Source of the DNA: Bacteriovoracaceae bacterium
Lineage (GTDB): Bacteria; Bdellovibrionota; Bacteriovoracia; Bacteriovoracales; Bacteriovoracaceae
Direction of reading: 5' to 3'
DNA length: 64,000 bases
Assembly (NCBI GenBank): GCA_048270185.1
Contig: JBLWTJ010000001.1
Span: 1,664,001-1,728,000 of the forward strand
The notes under the pieces are model-generated. The model had not been told where the DNA came from, did not search any database, and was given only the letters and a program-made list of their open reading frames with translations. Position numbers and translations under genes: made by a program. Below are positions 50,063 through 59,048 of the stretch, piece after piece; position 1 is the first letter of the stretch, and the number at the start of each line of letters is the position of its first letter.

Positions 50063-51661
50063 ATGAAATTTAATAACTATCTTTGGGATTTATATAAAAG
50101 CAATTCAAAGTCACTCGAGAATGATAAAGAGCTGCTATTTTCAAATGCGAGCTTTGAAGATGCGAATATCTACTTTACTTGCTTTGAAGCCGACTCTAAC
50201 TATGAGCCATTAAGTAAACCAAAAGAAATTGAGTGCCTAGTAGATTTAGTTCGAGTTATCAAAGATTTTGCAAAAGACGAAGAAGCTACAAGCATAGACG
50301 AAGCTGAAGAAATCTTCCGAGTTATTGCAGATGACAGGATTGACCTCTATTCAGGAGATGACTTCTATCTTCCTGATGAAGATAAAGATAAAAAATATAT
50401 TAGCTATTTGGGCGGTGGAATCGAGCATGAAAGATTCTATCAAACAGACATAATTTCTAATATTGAACATATAACACTAGGGCTACATCAAGCTTATCCG
50501 CAGTTCTTTTTTCCATATCTTTTTGTAAGAGAATTCAATCGACTTAATGAACTGGCCAATTTTTTTGATATCAAACTTCCATCGCTTCCAAAAAAGAGAC
50601 ATAAAAGAGACAGGGCATTCTACTATCTTGAAGTTAATCGAATATTTCAAGATCTAAGGGCCAAGCTAAAATTATCACCTACGGAGTTTAATTTCTTTAT
50701 ATATGACTTTGGATTAAAAAACTTAGAATCACTTAACACACATAGTAAAACCAAAGAAAATTTACCGAATCCTTCTAGGGCATGGCTCATTATTGGATAT
50801 GGTACAGGTATAGATGCTGAATTTTTAAATAATCTAAATGAAGAAACTGTAACACAATGGCAAGGAAAGATAGAAATGCGTGTAGGTGATATTGTACTTA
50901 TGTACCAACGTAATCCAAAAAGTAGCCTCCACTCTATTTGGCGAGTTGTTGAATCTGGCTTTAATGATCCATACGCATTCCACTATGCTCAAACAAAGAT
51001 TGGGTATCCAATTGAAATACCAAAGATTACATTTAAAGAAATAAGAGAAAATGAAATACTAGGCTTAATGCCAATAGTTAAGGCCTCATTTCAGGGTGCG
51101 ACAGGATCAACATTTTCTCTTAGCGAGTATAATGAAGTATTGAAATTAATTAATTCAAAAAATCCAAATATTAGAAACCTACCTCACTTACCAATTGTTG
51201 AAGAACTTAAGAATATAGAGATTTCTAACGAGAGAGATGTAGAAATAAACTTACTTGAGCCACTTCTTGAAAAGCTTGGTTTCGCGAATAATGAATGGAT
51301 CAGGCAATTTCCAGTAAGAATGGGAAGAGGTCAAAGAAACTATCCTGACTACGTTTATGGCGGTGACCCTACTCATGGCGAAGAAACAGCAAAGGCCTTA
51401 ATTGAATGTAAATATCACATAGATAGAGATGCAACTCTTACAGATACTTTTAAGCAAGCAAAATCTTACGCTCTGAGACTTAGAGCAAAGCTTTTTGCAT
51501 TAGCAGACAAGCAAGGTATTTGGATATTCAGATATGTTAATGATGACTTTAATCGAGATGTATTTGAATATATGAGCTGGGTTGAACTTCTTCATCATGA
51601 AAAACTACATGAGTTATCCTTGTTTATCGGAAAAGAGTTTATTGAGGATCATTGTCCTTAG
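50063..51661 (+). CDS. Putative restriction endonuclease: EVE/PUA-like domain + HsdR_N-like PD-(D/E)xK domain
   Basis: QWQG...MRVGDIVLMY; ERDVE..LLEPLL, YPDY, IECK, QAKSYA. Confidence 0.75.
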   Translation: MKFNNYLWDLYKSNSKSLENDKELLFSNASFEDANIYFTCFEADSNYEPLSKPKEIECLVDLVRVIKDFAKDEEATSIDEAEEIFRVIADDRIDLYSGDDFYLPDEDKDKKYISYLGGGIEHERFYQTDIISNIEHITLGLHQAYPQFFFPYLFVREFNRLNELANFFDIKLPSLPKKRHKRDRAFYYLEVNRIFQDLRAKLKLSPTEFNFFIYDFGLKNLESLNTHSKTKENLPNPSRAWLIIGYGTGIDAEFLNNLNEETVTQWQGKIEMRVGDIVLMYQRNPKSSLHSIWRVVESGFNDPYAFHYAQTKIGYPIEIPKITFKEIRENEILGLMPIVKASFQGATGSTFSLSEYNEVLKLINSKNPNIRNLPHLPIVEELKNIEISNERDVEINLLEPLLEKLGFANNEWIRQFPVRMGRGQRNYPDYVYGGDPTHGEETAKALIECKYHIDRDATLTDTFKQAKSYALRLRAKLFALADKQGIWIFRYVNDDFNRDVFEYMSWVELLHHEKLHELSLFIGKEFIEDHCP

Positions 51662-52148
51662 TATCTACAAAATGAATGACAATTTCATCATTTTCCTCTT
51701 CTTCACTAATACTATCGAAAGATGAGCCATCACTCTTATCTCCCCATTTCTCAGGTGAGCGTCTACTTAATCGGTATGCTGATGCTTTCCAGTCAGGCTT
51801 CACAAGATATGAAGATACGACAGGATATCCCAACTCATCTAGTATTGGTTCGCCATTATCATCTAGCTTATACGACTTAGGTATTCCAAATGCCGCTTGG
51901 TTGATAACACCTAAGTGCCTTACTTCATCCTCTGCAATAGCAAGCCGTATCGCGTCCGATAATTTCACACATCTAGGGTTTGCATCTTCACTTTTAGCAT
52001 CTCTCAACCAACGATATAAAGTAGACTTACTAACTCCAACCAGTGCCGCGGCTGTTTCGATAAATGCTCCATGCTTTATTGCTGCATATATTTCAGAAAT
52101 CAGTTTATCTGTTAGTTTTGGTGATGAGTTCTTAGGGTATCTAGCCAT
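51639..52148 (-). CDS. Terminase-small-subunit-like HTH protein
   Basis: AAALVGVSKSTLYRW HTH, DWKASAYRLSRRSPEKWG, terminal IVIHFVD strand. Confidence 0.55.
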   Translation of the reverse strand: MARYPKNSSPKLTDKLISEIYAAIKHGAFIETAAALVGVSKSTLYRWLRDAKSEDANPRCVKLSDAIRLAIAEDEVRHLGVINQAAFGIPKSYKLDDNGEPILDELGYPVVSSYLVKPDWKASAYRLSRRSPEKWGDKSDGSSFDSISEEEENDEIVIHFVDTKDNDPQ

Positions 52149-52261
52149 TTATATTCTCCTATATAGAGATTCTAGCAATGAGCCTATTGCCTATAAATAC
52201 ACCATGTGTTTTAACTATTTACGAATATGTATAAGTATCTATAGAAATTGAGAATTAAATA

Positions 52262-52855
52262 ATGCAAGAAGAATCATCAATCGATCAAATACCTCGAAAA
52301 CTACATAAAGAACTCATGCGAGTACATAACACAGCTCTTCTTCTAAGATACGACAAAGAAATACTATACCTTGAGAATGAATTGGAAATATCAAACCAGC
52401 TTCTAAAGACAATAAATAAGTCTGTTGGTGAAAAGTCTAATGTAAACTTAGGTAAATCAATAGGAGATAGTCTAATTAGAGGGTCATACCTAAACACTAA
52501 CTTTAATAAAGTTCAAATTAAAAAGTCTATAGAACAGGATAAAAAAGAACTAAAATCTGGAATGAAGAACATAAAAGACTATATTGAAAAACTTCACACT
52601 GATAAAGAAGTTGGACTCTTTTATCAAGAAATTAAAAACTCTAAGACTAGTAAGCCAGTTGACTTACTCTGTACAAGAATTATATTCTTACTTTATCAAG
52701 AACTTAAAAGTGCAAACAAGGTCCATAGCTATCTTTTAAAACATACTGCTATACTTGAAGACTTATCCCCTATTCCTTCAATTAGATCCATTTCTAATCG
52801 AGTCAGAAACTATAAGAAAAAGTATCATACATATTTTGAATCAATACACGATTGA
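52262..52855 (+). CDS. Hypothetical protein
   Basis: 197-aa ORF upstream of the xis-rep-xis-int run. Confidence 0.6.
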   Translation: MQEESSIDQIPRKLHKELMRVHNTALLLRYDKEILYLENELEISNQLLKTINKSVGEKSNVNLGKSIGDSLIRGSYLNTNFNKVQIKKSIEQDKKELKSGMKNIKDYIEKLHTDKEVGLFYQEIKNSKTSKPVDLLCTRIIFLLYQELKSANKVHSYLLKHTAILEDLSPIPSIRSISNRVRNYKKKYHTYFESIHD

Positions 52856-52974
52856 CAATTTTTACACAAAATACTCATCAAACGTGAATATCCACTCTCC
52901 TTAATAAAAAGTTACTGTGAATACAGTTTTACATAATCGTAAACAGTAACAACTATAAACAGGGAGAATAATCA

Positions 52975-53151
52975 GTGAAATCAAATGACGACTATCTAAT
53001 GACCACCAAAGAGCTTGCCAAGAAGCTAAGCGTAAAGGTTTCCTATATTAGATATCTGAAGATGAATAATCGAATTCCTTATATCAAAATTGGTAAACTG
53101 ATACGTTACTCAAGCAAAGAAATAGCCGTATGGCTCAATAACCAAAACTAG
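52975..53151 (+). CDS. Excisionase/AlpA-like HTH protein (58 aa, not in ORF track)
   Basis: GGGAG RBS, GTG start; YLMTTKELAKKLSVKVSYIRYLKMNNRIPYIKIGKLIRYSSKEIAVWL. Confidence 0.85.
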   Translation: MKSNDDYLMTTKELAKKLSVKVSYIRYLKMNNRIPYIKIGKLIRYSSKEIAVWLNNQN

Positions 53152-53207
53152 AAACTAAACAACATGCAAAAAAGAACAATGCTCGAATTTCGAGTAAAGG
53201 AGTCACT

Positions 53208-54155
53208 ATGTCAATTTCTCTAAAAAATATAAGAGAAAACAAAAAACAATCTGAAGATACAGTACTTCCCTTATTAAGTGGGAAAGTAGAATCAATTTGT
53301 ATAAATCCAAGTGAAATTAATACAGGAATAGATAGAATAGAAGGAAACCTAACCCATCTCAGTATAGCCGACATTAGAAAGCTTAGAGAAGTAGACAAGT
53401 GCCCTGTAGAGAAGCATATCAAAGGCCTAGGCTACATACGTTCGTTTAAATTAAAGTTAATCACACTTAATCTCTGCTATATGAAACAGACACATATATT
53501 GCCATATAAGTTTTACTTTAATCTTAATCACTCAAATGACATAAATATACAGTTACAAGATTTAATCAACCACTTCAAAACAGCCCTAGATAAATCAAGA
53601 ATTGTTAGAGTCGACTTGAATGCTGACTTTAAGTCGTCAATTCAAAACATGTTAATTAACCTACAGGTGAAAAATAAACAGATGTCAAAAGAATATAGGT
53701 GCACGCATAACAATATTGAAGGTAAATCTTGGGGAAAAGATGATGAAATCATAAGAATATATACATATGAAAATAATGAAGATGAGCCTATTACTCGTCT
53801 TGAAGTTCAAATCAGGAATAAGAAGCTCCCAAGAGATAGAAGTTTTTCAAATATACTTAAGTGGTTAAAGACTAATACTTTCTTTGAATCCATACAATTT
53901 TGGAACATCAATGGAATCAACAGTACTCCATTTAAAAAAATTAAACAGCTTGATTTTTATAGGTACTACGTAAAGTTTTTTAATCTTATAAATCTACAAA
54001 CACTTGGTTTTACAGAAGCAAGAAGTAGGTCAAAAGAACCAAAGAACTTCATGAGGAGTCTTCGGAGACACTTAAAAATAGAAAAATCTGACATCTCATT
54101 AATGAAAATATTTCGCCATCAGGTGACAAGTCAGCTGGGATCAAAGTATGAATAA
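53208..54155 (+). CDS. Putative replication initiator, Rep_trans-like
   Basis: RVDLNAD, IRIY and RLEVQIR in Rep_trans order; AAGGAG RBS. Confidence 0.6.
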   Translation: MSISLKNIRENKKQSEDTVLPLLSGKVESICINPSEINTGIDRIEGNLTHLSIADIRKLREVDKCPVEKHIKGLGYIRSFKLKLITLNLCYMKQTHILPYKFYFNLNHSNDINIQLQDLINHFKTALDKSRIVRVDLNADFKSSIQNMLINLQVKNKQMSKEYRCTHNNIEGKSWGKDDEIIRIYTYENNEDEPITRLEVQIRNKKLPRDRSFSNILKWLKTNTFFESIQFWNINGINSTPFKKIKQLDFYRYYVKFFNLINLQTLGFTEARSRSKEPKNFMRSLRRHLKIEKSDISLMKIFRHQVTSQLGSKYE

Positions 54156-54336
54156 TCAGCTCTTTAACAAACGAATATGGAAAATAAAAGATGTAGCTGA
54201 GTATCTACAATGTTCAGTAGGAACTATCTACAACAAGACGAGTAAAGGTGAAATACCATTCTTTAAGAAAGGAAAATCTTTATACTTTTCCCCAGAAGAA
54301 ATTGAAAACTGGGTACAGGAGGGAAACCTTGAATAA
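54148..54336 (+). CDS. Excisionase-like HTH protein
   Basis: IKDVAEYLQCSVGTIY...GEIPFFKKGKSLYF..EEIENW; overlaps both rep and int. Confidence 0.88.
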   Translation: MNNQLFNKRIWKIKDVAEYLQCSVGTIYNKTSKGEIPFFKKGKSLYFSPEEIENWVQEGNLE

Positions 54337-55477
54337 GTATAAAAAACTCAAACATCATACTGGAATTAGAAAAGTATTATCTAGCGGTAACTATGAAGCT
54401 TCAAAAAAGATTAAAGGAAAGACTTACTCTCAAACCTTTAAGACTATAAGACAAGCTCAGCACTGGAGAAACACTTATAACCCTTTCTTAAGCTTTACAC
54501 CTGAGACTAACGGCATGAAGTTCAAGGAGCTATGGGAAAAATATGAGGAAGCCTACTTCCCAGAAATTGAAAAATCATCGCAAGGAATCAAGAAACAAAG
54601 GATTAAAGTTTTCAAACACCATTTAGATGATATCTCTGTATATGAAGTAACTCCTGAGTATATAGATCATATAGTTAAGCTAGAGAAAAAACTTGCTATC
54701 AGTAACCCAAATAGTAAAAGGTGTAACTTCAAAAGTAGTCTAGATGAAGTTAAGGCTGCATTTAACTGGTATCGTGAAAACTATGACTATCAATTCCATA
54801 GTCCAGTATTAAAAAGGCATTACACTATTGGAATTATCAGAAAAACTGAGAAAAGAGAGAGAATCTTAACTAAGGATCAAGTTGTTAGATTCTTTAAAGC
54901 GATAGACAATCCTTTATTTCAAGATTTTGCAATTATTCAATTCTTTTGTGCTTCGCGATTTGGAGAAGTAGCAGGAATACAAATAAAAAACATAGACTTT
55001 GAAACAGATTCTCTATTAATAAAGGAAGTTGTAGTTGAAGATCAAAGTAAAAAGTTTCTAGAACTAAAACCATACCCTAAAAATGGGCACGCTAGAGTTG
55101 TAGCAATTACTTCAGCTATTTTCAAAGCTGCTATTCAGAGAAGAATGGCTGATAGAGTAAAAGGATCAAACTACTTAATACATAGAAATGGCAATCCCAT
55201 GAGCTATCGTTCAGTTCAATTCCAATATAACAAAGCTTTAAAAAAGGCTGGATTACACCCAGAGTTTAGCTCTACACATATCTTAAGATATTCAATGGCT
55301 TCAGAGTCAAGACGTATAATGGGCTCTCTAGATGCTGCACAGGCTATTACTGGCCACAAGTCGATTAAGATGATTGAACACTATGCAAGAGTACCAACTA
55401 TGCTTCAAGGTGAGACTATTTCTAAAGTGAGTTTTGAAATTGAAAATACTTGGAAAAGCATACAAAAGCCTAATTAA
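54329..55477 (+). CDS. Tyrosine recombinase/integrase
   Basis: Catalytic R (SRFGE), HILR, GH, HY; TTG start after GGAGG. Confidence 0.95.
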   Translation: MNKYKKLKHHTGIRKVLSSGNYEASKKIKGKTYSQTFKTIRQAQHWRNTYNPFLSFTPETNGMKFKELWEKYEEAYFPEIEKSSQGIKKQRIKVFKHHLDDISVYEVTPEYIDHIVKLEKKLAISNPNSKRCNFKSSLDEVKAAFNWYRENYDYQFHSPVLKRHYTIGIIRKTEKRERILTKDQVVRFFKAIDNPLFQDFAIIQFFCASRFGEVAGIQIKNIDFETDSLLIKEVVVEDQSKKFLELKPYPKNGHARVVAITSAIFKAAIQRRMADRVKGSNYLIHRNGNPMSYRSVQFQYNKALKKAGLHPEFSSTHILRYSMASESRRIMGSLDAAQAITGHKSIKMIEHYARVPTMLQGETISKVSFEIENTWKSIQKPN

Positions 55478-55561
55478 GCTGGGAAAGGCTGGGATTATAA
55501 AATAAATATCAAAGGAGAATTTAGTAAACTATTAAAAACACTGAAGAAATTAAAGTTTATA

Positions 55562-55585
55562 AAAAAGAATGGTCGGAGCGAGAGG
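55562..55585. repeat. att site overlapping the tRNA-Pro 3' end
   Basis: Identical to 46666-46689. Confidence 0.95.
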
Positions 55586-55646
55586 ATTTGAACCTCCGAC
55601 CCCTTGCTCCCAAAGCAAGTGCGCTACCAAACTGCGCTACGCTCCG
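55570..55646 (-). tRNA. tRNA-Pro (TGG)
   Basis: CGGAGCGTAGCGCAGTTTGGTAGCGCACTTGCTTTGGGAGCAAGGGGTCGGAGGTTCAAATCCTCTCGCTCCGACCA, 77 nt with encoded CCA. Confidence 0.97.
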
Positions 55647-55719
55647 ATTCAGATTTTGGTAGGGTATTTATAAGTGATCTAAAGCTTTTTGGCAACCTAG
55701 AATTTCAAAGATATGAAAC

Positions 55720-56301
55720 TTATTTAAGCTCACTAAAAAACTTGATGGCACTGGCCACGGCCTTAGCACGGTGTGAATTCTCATTTTTCCACTCTTCCAG
55801 CTGCGCTACAGTGGTATCAGCAAAGGCTTTCGGGCAAAACACAGGGTCATATCCAAAGCCACCATCACCTTCATAACTATCTGAAATCTCACCTTCCATA
55901 CGTCCCTCAAAAAAATATATTTCCTCAGGACTTAAGTAGAAACAAAGGACACAAGTAAAATAAGCGTCGCGATTATTCTCTCCTTCAAGCTTTTTTAGAA
56001 GAAGTTCAGCGCGCTGACGATCAGTTAGGTTCTCGCCACCAAAGCGGGCCGAGTAAATACCTAACTCATCAGGAAGAACCTCAACATTTAAGCCAGAGTC
56101 GTCGGCAACAACCGGAGTTTTAAACTCTTCATAATAGGCTTGTGCTTTTTTTAGAGCGTTTTCTTGGTAGGTATTCCCATCTTCAACGACTTCAAGTTTC
56201 TTGGATGCGGCCTTGATTGTAATATTCGTATCCTTAAAAAGAATTGCGAACTCTTCGGCCTTGTGAGCATTTCCAGTTGCTAGAATAAAGTCGTGTTTCA
56301 T
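55720..56301 (-). CDS. rdgB: Non-canonical purine NTP pyrophosphatase
   Basis: ATGNAHK, ADDSGL, GFGYDP, SHR. Confidence 0.96.
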   Translation of the reverse strand: MKHDFILATGNAHKAEEFAILFKDTNITIKAASKKLEVVEDGNTYQENALKKAQAYYEEFKTPVVADDSGLNVEVLPDELGIYSARFGGENLTDRQRAELLLKKLEGENNRDAYFTCVLCFYLSPEEIYFFEGRMEGEISDSYEGDGGFGYDPVFCPKAFADTTVAQLEEWKNENSHRAKAVASAIKFFSELK

Positions 56302-56307
56302 TATAAC

Positions 56308-57015
56308 CTACTTACCGAGAGCTTCTTTTTGTTTTGTGAATACAACTTTCAGTGACTCAGCAGCACAATCTAATAAAGCATCCATTTGCTCACGAGAAAA
56401 GGCCATTCCTTCCGCTGTTCCTTGAACTTCGATGAATTTTCCAGACTCAGTCATGACAATATTCATATCAGTTTCACAACTTGAATCTTCTTCATAATTA
56501 AGGTCAGCAATAATCTTACCTTCTTTATTAATTCCACAGCTAATTGCTGCAAGAGGCTCAATAAGAGGGCTTTCAGAAAGGTCACCACTAACAATTAGAC
56601 TTTGAATTGCAAGTTCAAGGGCAACGAATGCTCCAGAGATTGAAGTTGTACGAGTCCCACCATCTGCAACCATAACGTCACAATCAAGGGTAATCATTCT
56701 CTCACCTAGTTTTTCCATATCGACAACAGCTCTTAGGCTTCGTCCAATAAGTCTTTGAATCTCTTGGGTTCTTCCACCAACTTTTGAACGCTCTCTTCGA
56801 GAACGAGTATGAGTTGAACTTGGAAGCATTGAATATTCAGCAGTCACCCACCCCTTACCTGTTCCTCTCATCCAAGGTGGAACACCATCTTCAATAGATG
56901 CCGTGATATGAACTTTTGTATTACCAAATTCGGCAAGAACACTTCCCGCTGCATATGGGTTAATATTAATTGAAAATTTTACTTCTCTTGGAGTCGAGCG
57001 CTCGATTAATGACAT
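56308..57015 (-). CDS. rph: Ribonuclease PH
   Basis: GWVTAEYSMLP, GRTQEIQRLIGRSLR, ADGGTRT. Confidence 0.98.
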   Translation of the reverse strand: MSLIERSTPREVKFSININPYAAGSVLAEFGNTKVHITASIEDGVPPWMRGTGKGWVTAEYSMLPSSTHTRSRRERSKVGGRTQEIQRLIGRSLRAVVDMEKLGERMITLDCDVMVADGGTRTTSISGAFVALELAIQSLIVSGDLSESPLIEPLAAISCGINKEGKIIADLNYEEDSSCETDMNIVMTESGKFIEVQGTAEGMAFSREQMDALLDCAAESLKVVFTKQKEALGK

Positions 57016-57059
57016 ATTGAATACCTCTGAATTTATTAGTATTCTTCGATAATAACATA

Positions 57060-57737
57060 ATGAGAAAATCTATGAAACATATTCATTTTAAGGAAATTGA
57101 TTCAACGCAAACGAAAGCTACTGAGCTGGCCAAAGAAAACAATGAAGTTTTAGTAACTGCGCAGAAACAGATTAAAGGTCGAGGCCGCCGCGATAATCAG
57201 TGGCTTGATCTCGACAATAGTCTCGCCATGTCCATGAAACTCGTACCAGGTGATAAACCAACACTCCTTGCACTCGAAGTGGCCGTTCTCTTAGCTGAAT
57301 ATTTTCACAAAGATGATCTAGTTCTAAAATGGCCAAATGATATTTACAACCGACAAGGTCAAAAAGTGGCAGGTATCCTTGTAACTAAAAATGATGAAAA
57401 CTATATTGTTGGAATCGGCATCAACTTTGGCCCGGACGATAATATTAAAGACAAGAAATTTGGCCAACTAGAATCAGGCTATGCTCTTTCTCCAAAGGAG
57501 TATGAAAGTATTCCTAAAGATATTTATCAGTATATTAAATCTCGTCGTTTGAATGATTCACAAATAATCACCAAGTGGAATGATCGATGCTTTCATCTTA
57601 ATCAAAATTGTAAAATTATTGATGATAACGAGATTCTCGAAGGTCTATTTAAAGGGATTGGACAATTTGGAGAAGCTTTAATTGAGATGGAAGGAAAAGT
57701 TGAGAAAGCCTATACAGGCTCTCTCCTATTTGAATAA
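57060..57737 (+). CDS. birA: Biotin-protein ligase (no HTH domain)
   Basis: DSTQ, GRGRR..W, KWPND, KVAGIL. Confidence 0.92.
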   Translation: MRKSMKHIHFKEIDSTQTKATELAKENNEVLVTAQKQIKGRGRRDNQWLDLDNSLAMSMKLVPGDKPTLLALEVAVLLAEYFHKDDLVLKWPNDIYNRQGQKVAGILVTKNDENYIVGIGINFGPDDNIKDKKFGQLESGYALSPKEYESIPKDIYQYIKSRRLNDSQIITKWNDRCFHLNQNCKIIDDNEILEGLFKGIGQFGEALIEMEGKVEKAYTGSLLFE

Positions 57738-57738
57738 T

Positions 57739-58971
57739 TTATTCTGAAATTGAAGTTAGAACTTGTTTACTGATATTCTTTAATTCTTTTTTAATTAAAT
57801 TTTCAGCTAGATCTGGAACAATTTCCCAAATGATTTTCTCAATATTTTGCTCACAGTATTCACGTGCATACTTTTCAATAACTGGACCAATTTCACTTCT
57901 TAAATCATTCTTCAAAGCTTCCATGTCAAGTGCTGGAGCTTTAACTGCTGATTTAATATGAGCAGTTGTCTTTGTACTTCCAAATGAAAAATCATCATTC
58001 ATACTTTGATTATTTGAAATATCAATTTCGTGCTCATCTTCTGTTTCAGAAGAAAAAGTTTGTGACATATCTTCATCTACATCCCAAAGATTATCATCAG
58101 AAATCTCTTCAAAGTCGTCTGAATCATCTTCAAAAGTACTTAGAGCTTCCATCGGTACTTCTTCCATTTCATCTAATTCATCGATATTAGACTGGGCCGG
58201 TATTTCAAAATCTTCATCTAGTTCATCGTCAAGATTACCGACAAAACTGCTAACATCTAAAACAGAAGTTGGAGATTCTGGACCTTCTTCAAATTCGTCT
58301 TGAGTATCAATCTCTTCGCTAGCTTCAATAACAGGTGGTAGCGTATCGAAATTCCCCGTGACGTCACTTCCCTTAAGGTTCGTTGGATCAAATCCCCAAC
58401 CATCAAGCTCTGACTCAAGATTATTATCTTCATCTTTAAGTGGTGCATGATCACTTAAATCAAATTCAACTGTTTTATCGTCTTCATGATCATGATCTTC
58501 TTCAGAAGGAGCTTCTGCTTGAACCAAAGAACTATCAACATCCCAACCAGAGAAATTATCATCTTCAGCTTCATTGGAATCTTCGTTTGGATAATCTTCT
58601 TGAGAAATTGATTGAACTTCACTTCCGATCATATCATTGCAAAGTGAAATGAATTTTTCTGTTTCAAAAGGCTTTACAACTTTGTCAGAAAAGCCACTAT
58701 TACGAAGCTTCGTTTCATCAACGATATCGAATGTACCGAGTAAAGCCAAGATAGGAGTATTTGGAAACTTTTCTCTCGTTCTTTGCCCAAGAGCATAACC
58801 ATCATCAGATAGGCCAAAATCAAGAAGAATCAAATCAAAGCTATCTTCAGCATTGAATAACTCTGATTCATCCAATACTGGAGTGATATCAAAATCTTGA
58901 TTTGCGAATGTAATTTTTATTACTTTTTGAATTGTCTGACTATCGTCAGCAACTAATACCTTTCTACTCAT
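57739..58971 (-). CDS. romR: RomR-like response regulator
   Basis: N-terminal REC domain, long acidic linker, C-terminal EKIIWEIVPDLAENLIKKEL. Confidence 0.75.
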   Translation of the reverse strand: MSRKVLVADDSQTIQKVIKITFANQDFDITPVLDESELFNAEDSFDLILLDFGLSDDGYALGQRTREKFPNTPILALLGTFDIVDETKLRNSGFSDKVVKPFETEKFISLCNDMIGSEVQSISQEDYPNEDSNEAEDDNFSGWDVDSSLVQAEAPSEEDHDHEDDKTVEFDLSDHAPLKDEDNNLESELDGWGFDPTNLKGSDVTGNFDTLPPVIEASEEIDTQDEFEEGPESPTSVLDVSSFVGNLDDELDEDFEIPAQSNIDELDEMEEVPMEALSTFEDDSDDFEEISDDNLWDVDEDMSQTFSSETEDEHEIDISNNQSMNDDFSFGSTKTTAHIKSAVKAPALDMEALKNDLRSEIGPVIEKYAREYCEQNIEKIIWEIVPDLAENLIKKELKNISKQVLTSISE

Positions 58972-59048
58972 ATAAAACCTCAATATATTGTTACGCAAAA
59001 AATCCAGCTAAGCAAGCATGAGTTTGCGATTGAGAGGTCCTAATTACT

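Larger units (their letters stand above)
46666..55585. mobile_element. tRNA-Pro-integrated element (phage-satellite-like) with defence cargo
   Basis: 24-bp direct repeat at both ends, integrase next to the tRNA, xis/rep/terS-like genes, visibly more AT-rich than the flanks. Confidence 0.93.

Noticed and set aside
50063..51661. Type I restriction-modification system
   Set aside because: Only an HsdR_N-like nuclease domain; no helicase motifs and no hsdM or hsdS nearby
51676..52251. 191-aa plus-strand ORF
   Set aside because: Antisense shadow of the TerS-like gene, which has a GGAG RBS and recognisable motifs
46666..55585. Complete prophage or ICE
   Set aside because: No capsid, portal, large terminase, tail, lysis, or T4SS/coupling-protein genes; only 8.9 kb
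55604..55876. 90-aa ORF
   Set aside because: Antisense to tRNA-Pro and rdgB
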